Notes under the pieces: model-generated
The model's input: the letters and a program-made list of their open reading frames with translations, nothing else
The model's database searches: none
What the model was told of the DNA's origin: nothing
Assembly (NCBI GenBank): GCA_046290465.1
Contig: JBKAGP010000001.1
Location: 4,992,001 to 5,056,000 of the forward strand
Source of the DNA: Planctomycetota bacterium
Lineage (GTDB): Bacteria; Planctomycetota; UBA1135; UBA2386
DNA: 64,000 nucleotides
Reading direction: 5' to 3'
Program-made: the position numbers and the translations under genes
Part shown: one piece after another, positions 9,951 to 17,475 of the stretch
Layout: the number at the start of each line of letters is the position of its first letter
How positions within the stretch are numbered: the first letter of the stretch is position 1

Positions 9951-10082
9951 CCGATTGCCGGCGCGGTTGCGGTCGCGACATGTCTCGATTCGGGGCGGCG
10001 TGATCAAGGCGCCAGTCGCACCGGCCGAAGGGTCGATGACCGGCGTAGCGGATCCGCGCCGGCAGCTCAGAATCGAGAACCT

Positions 10083-10748
10083 ATGCAACAACGCAGTCTG
10101 CTTCGCCCGTCCCTTGCCCTCGTCGCCGTGCTCGGCGCCTGCGCCGGCGGCCCCGACCGCCAGGATGCCCCGATCAAGGTCGAGGAGATGATGACCTGGA
10201 TCGAGAAGGTGCACATCGAGGCCGAGCGCGCGCGCGACGCGATCTCCGACTCGTTCGAACGGCTCAACACGCTCGCCGGTGGCCGCTTCGAGGGCGACTC
10301 CGCCGCGGTCGTCTACGCCCGCTTCGTGCAGTCGATCGACGTCGCCGAACAGCAGGCCAAGCGCTACCGCGACGTGGTCGCGCCGATGGTCGCCTCGGCC
10401 GGTCCGGTGTTCGCCACCTGGCAGGCGGACGTCGAGATGATCCAGTCGGAGCGGCTGCGCCAGCGCAGCGAGATGCGCTTCCAGATCGCCAAGGAGCGCT
10501 ACGACGCGATCGCCAAGGTCGCGGTGCCGGCGCAGGAGCAGTACGACCTGTTCGTGCGGGCGCTGCGCGACCACGCGCTGTTCCTCGGCCACGACCTCAA
10601 CGCCGGCTCGATCGACGACATCCAGGAAGAGGTCAAGCTGGTGGCGCAGAACGCGCTGCAGCTGGACCAGAACCTCGAGTCGACGATGGCCGCCTCGCGC
10701 GCCTACGTCGAGCAGTCGTCGCTGCCCGCCGCCGCACCCGGACGCTAG
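10083..10748 (+). CDS. Helical lipoprotein, DUF2959-like (221 aa)
   Basis: Lipobox LGAC; coiled-coil body with the motif LRDHALFLGHDLNAGSI. Confidence 0.65.
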   Translation: MQQRSLLRPSLALVAVLGACAGGPDRQDAPIKVEEMMTWIEKVHIEAERARDAISDSFERLNTLAGGRFEGDSAAVVYARFVQSIDVAEQQAKRYRDVVAPMVASAGPVFATWQADVEMIQSERLRQRSEMRFQIAKERYDAIAKVAVPAQEQYDLFVRALRDHALFLGHDLNAGSIDDIQEEVKLVAQNALQLDQNLESTMAASRAYVEQSSLPAAAPGR

Positions 10749-12977
10749 GTGACCCCGACGCTGCTGATCCTGCTGCTGGCGGCGCTCGCGCTCGCCTTCG
10801 CGGCGACCTGGCAGCGCCAGGCAGAACTGCGTCGGCAGCGCGACGCCGTGCGCGAACGCGCCGAGCTGTCCGCGGCGAGCAGCGGTGCGGCGCCGCTGCA
10901 GCTGCCGGTCGTCGACCTGCAGAAGTGCATGGGCTGCGGCACCTGTGTGCGCGAGTGCCCCGAGGAGGGCGTGCTCGCGCTGGTGCACGGCCAGGCGGCC
11001 GTCGTCAACCCTACCGGCTGCGTCGGCCACGCCCGCTGCGTGTCCGAGTGCCCGGTCGACGCGGTGACGTTGACGCAGGGGGACCTGCAGCAGCGCGACG
11101 ACGTGCCGGTGCTCGACGCCGAACTGCAGGCGGTCGGCAACGACGGCCTGTTCCTGGTCGGGGAGATCACCGCGCGCTCGCTGATCCGCGTTGCGGCCGA
11201 ACAGGGGGTGTCGGCGGGCCGCGCGATCGCGCGGCGGTGCGCCGAGCCGGGGCCGGACGGCGTGCTCGACGCCGTCGTCGTCGGCGCCGGACCGGGCGGC
11301 ATCGCCTGCGCGTTGGCCTGCCGCGAGGCGGGCCTCGACTTCGCGCTGCTCGACCAGGAGCCGTTCGTCGGCGGTGCCGTCGCCAAGTATCCGCGCAAGA
11401 AGCTGGTGCTGACCGACCGGATCGACCTGCCGCTGCACGGCCGCCTGCCGCGCCGCGAGTACGAGAAGGAAGAGCTGGTCGCGCTGTGGCAGGATCTCGG
11501 CGAACGGCACGAGCTGCCGTTCGTCGGCGGCGTCGCGTTCGAACATGTCGAGCGGCAGGACGACGGCACGTTCGTCGTGCATACCGACGCCGGCGGCTAT
11601 CGCGCCCGCAACGTCGTGATCGCGGTCGGCCGACGCGGCCAGCCGCGCCGGCTCGGCGTGCCGGGTGAGGACCAGCCACACGTCGCCTTCGGCCTGCTCG
11701 ACGCCGCCAGCTACGCCAACGCGCACTGCGTGGTCGTCGGCGGCGGCGACAGTGCGGTCGAGACCGCGATCGCGCTGGCCGAGCAGCCGGGCAACGACGT
11801 GACGCTGGTCTATCGCCAGGAGGCCTTCTTCCGGCTGCGCAGCAAGAACCGCAAGCGGCTCGAGCAGCAGGTCGCCAGCGGATCCCTGCAGACGATGCTG
11901 GCGACCGACGTGCAGGCGATCGGCGCCGACCACGTCGAGGTCGCGCAGCGGCAGGAGGCCGGCGGCCCGGTGGCGGTGCAGGTGCGCGCCGACCATGTGT
12001 TCGTGCTCGCTGGCGGGGTGCCGCCGTTCGAGCAGCTGAAGCGCAGCGGCGTCTCGTTCGACGCCGCGCTGCATCCAGAGGAGGCCGCGCCGGCGGACGA
12101 CGGCGCGCGCAGCAGCCTGCTGTGGGCGGTCGGCTGTGGCCTGCTGCTGGCGGCGGCGACGCTGGCGTTCGTGCTCTGGCACGCCGACTACTACCTGCAG
12201 GCCTCGGGGCTGCGCGCGGCGCATCCCAAGCACGCGTTCCTGCGGCCGGATCACGGCCTCGGGCTGTGGTTCGGGCTGCTCGCGTCCGGCGCGATGCTGG
12301 CCAACCTCGCCTACCTGCTGCGGCGGCAGCAGCTGTGGGGCGTGCGCTTCGGTCGCCTGTCGACGTGGATGAACGTGCACGTCGCGACCGGCGTGATCGC
12401 CGTGCTGCTGGTGATGCTGCACGGCTCGATGGCGCCGCGCACGACACCCGGTGGCTATGCGTTCTGGGGTCTGGCGGTGCTGCTGCTGACCGGCGCGATC
12501 GGGCGCTGGTTCTACGCCTGGCTGCCGCGGTCCGCGAACGGCCGCGAGCGTCGCCTCGACGAGCTGCGGCAGGACCTGCACGAGCGCAAGCGGCGGCGGG
12601 CGGACGATCCGTTCGCGGCGGCGGCGCGCGCCGAGACGCTCGCGCTGATCGAACGGCGGCAGTGGCACGGCAGCTGGTTCGGTCGCGCGCTGGCGCTGGT
12701 CGGCCTGCAGTGGGACCTGTGGCGCACGCGGCGTCGCATCCGCGATCTCGGTCGCGAGCACGGCGCCGATGCCGCGTCGCTGGCCCGCGAACTGCACGAG
12801 GCGCGGCAGGCGCACGGCACCGCGGTGGCGGTGGCGCACCTCGAGGACCTGCGCGCGCTGCTCGGCACGTGGCGCTGGCTGCACCGCTGGATCGCGCTGC
12901 TGACGGTGCTGCTGGTGGTGGTGCACGCGGTGATCGCGATCGGCCGCGGCGTGTTCCGCGACGGAGGCGGCCTGTGA
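10749..12977 (+). CDS. Membrane-anchored 2x[4Fe-4S] ferredoxin / FAD-NAD(P)H oxidoreductase / cytochrome-b-like membrane domain fusion
   Basis: N-terminal TM; CMGCGTCVRECP and CVGHARCVSECP; GAGPGG (FAD); VVGGGDSA followed by YRQ..F.R (NADPH-type); C-terminal TM helices with His in WMNVH, MLHG, WLHRW and VVHA. Confidence 0.85.
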   Translation: MTPTLLILLLAALALAFAATWQRQAELRRQRDAVRERAELSAASSGAAPLQLPVVDLQKCMGCGTCVRECPEEGVLALVHGQAAVVNPTGCVGHARCVSECPVDAVTLTQGDLQQRDDVPVLDAELQAVGNDGLFLVGEITARSLIRVAAEQGVSAGRAIARRCAEPGPDGVLDAVVVGAGPGGIACALACREAGLDFALLDQEPFVGGAVAKYPRKKLVLTDRIDLPLHGRLPRREYEKEELVALWQDLGERHELPFVGGVAFEHVERQDDGTFVVHTDAGGYRARNVVIAVGRRGQPRRLGVPGEDQPHVAFGLLDAASYANAHCVVVGGGDSAVETAIALAEQPGNDVTLVYRQEAFFRLRSKNRKRLEQQVASGSLQTMLATDVQAIGADHVEVAQRQEAGGPVAVQVRADHVFVLAGGVPPFEQLKRSGVSFDAALHPEEAAPADDGARSSLLWAVGCGLLLAAATLAFVLWHADYYLQASGLRAAHPKHAFLRPDHGLGLWFGLLASGAMLANLAYLLRRQQLWGVRFGRLSTWMNVHVATGVIAVLLVMLHGSMAPRTTPGGYAFWGLAVLLLTGAIGRWFYAWLPRSANGRERRLDELRQDLHERKRRRADDPFAAAARAETLALIERRQWHGSWFGRALALVGLQWDLWRTRRRIRDLGREHGADAASLARELHEARQAHGTAVAVAHLEDLRALLGTWRWLHRWIALLTVLLVVVHAVIAIGRGVFRDGGGL

Positions 12978-15016
12978 ACCTCAAGGCGCGCTCGATCGTC
13001 GTCGGCGTGGTCTCGGCCGTGCTGGTGCTGACGCTGACGATGGCGGCTGCCGAACGGCAGTCGCCGGGACCGATCTCGACCGTGCACGGCCGCCTCGCCG
13101 AGCTCGACGGAGGGGCTTCGTGTTCGAGCTGCCACGGCGGTTGGTTCGGCGACATGCGCGCGTCCTGCATCGAGTGCCACGAGGAGATCGCCGCCCAACT
13201 CGAGCACGGCAACGGCCTGCACGGCGTGCTCGGCAAGGAGGCGGCGCACCAGTGCGCGACGTGCCACAGCGAGCACCACGGCGAGACGTTCCAGCAGGTC
13301 AACCGGCTGGCGTTCGCCCAGGCCGGCGTGCCCGACCCGGAGGCGTTCGACCACCGCATGATCGGCTTCGACCTCTCCGGTGCGCACGACCAGCTGAAGT
13401 GCGACGCGTGCCACGAGCACGCCTACGCCGAGGTATTGCCGGAGAACCAGCAGCGCTTCCTCGGCCTGCAGCGCGACTGCGGCTCGTGCCACGCCAACCC
13501 GCACGGAGGGCGCATGCAGATGACCTGTGTCACCTGCCATACGCAGTCGGACTTCACGCAGCGGTTCGTGTCGAAGCACGACCGCTGGCTGCGGCTCGAG
13601 GGGGCGCACGGCGGCGTCGACTGCCGTTCGTGCCACCAGGCCGGGAGCGCGCACGCGCTCGAGGCGCTGCGGCCGGGGGAGCTGTCAGCGCGCGGTTGCG
13701 CCGACTGCCACGAGTCGCCGCACGTCGCGGCGTTCGTCGCCGGCAACGGCGGCTGCGCGAGCTGCCACCAGCAGGAGTTCGAGCACTTCGACGACGACCG
13801 TCTGGCGCTGACCGCCGAACAGCACGCGCACAGCGGCTTCGCGCTCGGCGCGCCGCACGACCGGCTCGCGTGCACGGCGTGCCACGACGCGGCGGGCACG
13901 TTCGCCGAACGGCACCCCGGGCGCGCGCCGACCGACTGCCGCGCGTGCCACCAGGATCCGCACGGCGGCCAGTTCGACGGCAGCCCGTTGGCCGAACAGG
14001 ACTGCGTCAGCTGCCACGAACGCACCCACTTCGCACCGCACCGCTTCGACGAGGCGATGCACGCGCGCACGGCGCTGCCGCTCGACGGCCGGCACGCCGA
14101 GCAGCGCTGTGAGGCATGCCACGAGGTGCGGCCGCCCGATTCGGTCCGGCAGTTCCGCGGCACGCCGTCCCGATGTGAGAGCTGCCACGGCGATGCGCAC
14201 GACGACGCGTTCGCGGCGCATCGCCAGCGGCTGGCCGCGCACCCGCGCGGCGCCTGCGCGCAGTGCCACGACACCGACGCCTGGACGAGTCTCGACCACG
14301 CGCGCTTCGACCACGCCGACTGGACCGGCTTCGGCCTCGACGGGGCGCACGCGCAGATCGAGTGCACCGACTGCCATGCGCGCACCGACACCCCGGACGC
14401 GTTGGGCCGGCGCTTCGGCCGGATCCCGGAGCACGACGGCACCGATGCGGCGGGTGACTGCGCGCGCTGCCACGGCGACCCGCACGAGGGCATCTTCGCG
14501 CGCGAGGGTGCCCCGCAGCAGATCGACGGCCGCGGCGGATGCCTGCGCTGCCACGACACCGCGTCGTTCCGCGCGCTGCCGCACGGCTTCGATCACAAGG
14601 CGTTCGCGGGCTTCGAGCTGACCGGCAAGCACGGCAAGCTCGACTGCTCGGCGTGCCACCAGGCGCTCGACGAGGCGACCAGCACCGGGCGGACGTGGGG
14701 CAAGGCCAAGGGGCGGGCGTGCGCCGACTGCCACCAGGATCCGCACGTCGGGCAGTTTGCGCGGTTCGGCAAGACCGACTGCCATCGCTGCCACAAGAGC
14801 GCCAACACGTTCGCGACGCTGTCGTTCCGCCACAACCTGGACTCGCGGTTCCGACTGGGCGAGCAGCACCGCAAGGTCGCCTGCAGTCTCTGCCACAAAC
14901 CCGAGACGAAAGATGGGCACACCTTCGTCCGATACAAGCCGCTGCCGACCAAGTGCGTCGACTGCCACGGTCGGGAAGAAGGAGGAGCGCCGAAACGGAG
15001 ACGGAGGCGCGAGTGA
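12974..15016 (+). CDS. Multiheme cytochrome c, 23 CxxCH motifs (680 aa), c7/c3-like triheme repeats
   Basis: 23 CxxCH counted; hydrophobic signal/anchor; repeating FDH..GF.L.G.H units; GTGA overlap with the preceding gene. Confidence 0.92.
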   Translation: MNLKARSIVVGVVSAVLVLTLTMAAAERQSPGPISTVHGRLAELDGGASCSSCHGGWFGDMRASCIECHEEIAAQLEHGNGLHGVLGKEAAHQCATCHSEHHGETFQQVNRLAFAQAGVPDPEAFDHRMIGFDLSGAHDQLKCDACHEHAYAEVLPENQQRFLGLQRDCGSCHANPHGGRMQMTCVTCHTQSDFTQRFVSKHDRWLRLEGAHGGVDCRSCHQAGSAHALEALRPGELSARGCADCHESPHVAAFVAGNGGCASCHQQEFEHFDDDRLALTAEQHAHSGFALGAPHDRLACTACHDAAGTFAERHPGRAPTDCRACHQDPHGGQFDGSPLAEQDCVSCHERTHFAPHRFDEAMHARTALPLDGRHAEQRCEACHEVRPPDSVRQFRGTPSRCESCHGDAHDDAFAAHRQRLAAHPRGACAQCHDTDAWTSLDHARFDHADWTGFGLDGAHAQIECTDCHARTDTPDALGRRFGRIPEHDGTDAAGDCARCHGDPHEGIFAREGAPQQIDGRGGCLRCHDTASFRALPHGFDHKAFAGFELTGKHGKLDCSACHQALDEATSTGRTWGKAKGRACADCHQDPHVGQFARFGKTDCHRCHKSANTFATLSFRHNLDSRFRLGEQHRKVACSLCHKPETKDGHTFVRYKPLPTKCVDCHGREEGGAPKRRRRRE

Positions 15017-16686
15017 GCACGACAAGGCATCTGGGCGCGTCGCTGGCCGCGCTGCATCTGGTCTGCGGCGGACTGGCCGCGCAAGGAGAGCGCTTCGAGC
15101 GCCTCGACCTGCGCGTCTCGGCACCGCGACCGAACGGGCAGTGTGTGATCGACCGCGGCAAGCGCGAGAAGGTCGAGGTCGGCGATCGCGTGGTGCTGTC
15201 GCCGCGCGGCGGCCAGCCGTTGACCGGTCGCGTGCTGCAGGTCGAGGACCGCACCGCGCTGGTGCAGCTGCTCGACCCCAAGGCTTCGGTGGCACGCGGC
15301 ACGCGTGGCCACGTGCTGATCCCGCGGACGCGCAAGCAGCAGGCCGGGCCCGATCCGGCCGATCCGGCGGTCGAGCCGCAGCCGCCGACCGGTGAGCCGG
15401 GCGCGCAGGATCCGCCGGGCGACGAGGTCTGGAGGCCGGGCATGCCGTTGCTCGGCCGTCACCGGGCGCCGCGGCCGAACGAACGCGACGCCCAGTTGCG
15501 CGGCCGCCTCTACGGCTCCAGCAACCTGGTCCGCACGCTCGACTCGTTCTCGCAGTCGTACGCGCGCGCCGGTGCCGACGTCGACGTCAACAACATCGAT
15601 GGCGACGGCGGCCGGCTGCGCTTCCACGGCGAGTTCGTGCACAGCGAAGAGGTCTCCGGCAACACCGGCAGCGACCTGCGCATCTACGAGCTCAGCTACG
15701 CGCACGGCGGCACGCGCTTCGACCCGTGGCGCTGGCAGGTCGGCCGCTTCCTGCAGCAGGACATGCCCGAGTTCGGGCTGCTCGACGGCATCGAGGTCGG
15801 CTTCCGCAGCGAGCACGGCGACCGCTTCGGCGCCAGCGTCGGCTACCTGCCCGAGCTCGACGACGACCTCGACAGCCTCGCCGACCTGCAGCTCGCGGCG
15901 TGGTACGTGTTCAACCCGGACGTGTCCGAACGGATCTCGTACGCGATCGGTTACCAGAAGACCTGGCACCGTTGGGACGCGGACCGCGACCTGATCGTCG
16001 CCAAGGCCCGCTATCTGCCGCACAGCGGTTGGGACGTGTCGTCGGCGATCTGGGTCGACATCTACGACAACGACGACAACCTCAAGGACGAGGCGTTCGA
16101 GTTCACGCGCGCCAACCTGTTCGCGACGCGTCGCTGGCAGGACGAGGGCGGCGTCGAGCTGTTCTACGACCACGAGGAGTATCCGGAGCTGCTGCGCAAC
16201 GAGACGCCGCAGACGCTGTTGCCGCAGACGTTGATCGGGGCGCACGTCGATCGCGTGTCGGCGCACCTGTGGACGGGTGGCGGCGACCGGGCGCAGTGGT
16301 TCACGCGCACGACCGGCTGGGTCGACGAGGAGGACGAGGGCTTCGCGTTCGAGCTCGGTGGTCGGCAGGACGACGTGCTCGGTTCGCGCACGCGCTCGGG
16401 TCTGGCGTTGTTCCACGTGAACGCGCAGACCAGCAACGTCACCGGCGTGCGTATCGAGCACGGCGGCGACTACCAGTTCGGTCGCCTCGACCTGCTCTAC
16501 GAACTCGGCTTCGTGCACTTCGACGACCAACCGTCCGATCGCAGCGAGTTGCTGCAGCACCGCTTCGCCGCGCTGGTCTCGACCGGCATGGGGTCGGGTT
16601 GGGACGCGACGTTCACTGGCGACGTCACCGTGTGGGACGAGGAGATCTCGTTCGGCGTCGGCATCTACCTGCAAAAGCTGTTCTGA
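15013..16686 (+). CDS. Putative outer-membrane beta-barrel (porin) with an N-terminal soluble domain (557 aa)
   Basis: Signal peptide ending LAAQ; Pro-rich linker; alternating amphipathic strands rich in aromatic/Gly residues; C-terminal GVGIYLQKLF ending in Phe. Confidence 0.75.
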   Translation: MSTTRHLGASLAALHLVCGGLAAQGERFERLDLRVSAPRPNGQCVIDRGKREKVEVGDRVVLSPRGGQPLTGRVLQVEDRTALVQLLDPKASVARGTRGHVLIPRTRKQQAGPDPADPAVEPQPPTGEPGAQDPPGDEVWRPGMPLLGRHRAPRPNERDAQLRGRLYGSSNLVRTLDSFSQSYARAGADVDVNNIDGDGGRLRFHGEFVHSEEVSGNTGSDLRIYELSYAHGGTRFDPWRWQVGRFLQQDMPEFGLLDGIEVGFRSEHGDRFGASVGYLPELDDDLDSLADLQLAAWYVFNPDVSERISYAIGYQKTWHRWDADRDLIVAKARYLPHSGWDVSSAIWVDIYDNDDNLKDEAFEFTRANLFATRRWQDEGGVELFYDHEEYPELLRNETPQTLLPQTLIGAHVDRVSAHLWTGGGDRAQWFTRTTGWVDEEDEGFAFELGGRQDDVLGSRTRSGLALFHVNAQTSNVTGVRIEHGGDYQFGRLDLLYELGFVHFDDQPSDRSELLQHRFAALVSTGMGSGWDATFTGDVTVWDEEISFGVGIYLQKLF

Positions 16687-16694
16687 GGGCCATC

Positions 16695-17348
16695 ATGAAG
16701 ACCAGACGTTTCGGCAAGTGGGCCGCGGCCCTCGTCATGTTGGTCGCCGTCGTGGCGTGCACGATCAGCAACCCGCGCCGCGTCGAGCAGCATCGCTGGT
16801 GGTCGGGCTTCGGCCTGGTGGTGCCGCACGAGTCGTTCCCGGCCGACTGCAGCCTGTGCCACGTCGGCTCGTCGTGGAACAAGCTGGTCGCCGACTTCCG
16901 CTTCGACCACGGCGCGCGCACCGGCGTCGCGCTGCACGGCGCGCACGACCAGGCGGCGTGCCTGCGCTGCCACAACGACCGCGGCCCGGTGTCGGCCTAC
17001 AACGCCAAGGGCTGCGTCGGCTGCCACGAGGACGTGCACTACGGCGAACTCGGCCAGGACTGCGCGCGCTGCCACGACGAGGTGCTGTGGCGCGTGCCCA
17101 ACACGCGGGTCGCGCACATCCACACGCGCCTGCCGCTGATCGGCGCGCACATGCAGGTCGCCTGCCACCGCTGCCACGCCGGCGCGACGGTCACCAACTT
17201 CCGACCGACCGATCCCGACTGCAGCAGCTGCCACCTCAACGAGGCGATCGCGACCACCAACCCGCCGCACCAGGGGCTCGGCTGGACGCAGCAGCGCTGC
17301 GACCGCTGCCACCAGCCGACGGCCTGGCGGCCGGCGCAGGTGCGGTGA
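16695..17348 (+). CDS. Heptaheme cytochrome c lipoprotein (217 aa)
   Basis: 7 CxxCH; lipobox-like VVAC; same FDH…G.H repeat as the 23-heme protein. Confidence 0.9.
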   Translation: MKTRRFGKWAAALVMLVAVVACTISNPRRVEQHRWWSGFGLVVPHESFPADCSLCHVGSSWNKLVADFRFDHGARTGVALHGAHDQAACLRCHNDRGPVSAYNAKGCVGCHEDVHYGELGQDCARCHDEVLWRVPNTRVAHIHTRLPLIGAHMQVACHRCHAGATVTNFRPTDPDCSSCHLNEAIATTNPPHQGLGWTQQRCDRCHQPTAWRPAQVR

Positions 17349-17475
17349 CCTGCGATCCCACACGGAGACCACGGCCCGGTCCCATCTGGAGACGGGCCAC
17401 TCACGGAATGACACAGGAGTGTCGATGACCCCCGAACTCGGAAGGAACGATGCGCTCCCCACGCGGAGTTCGATC

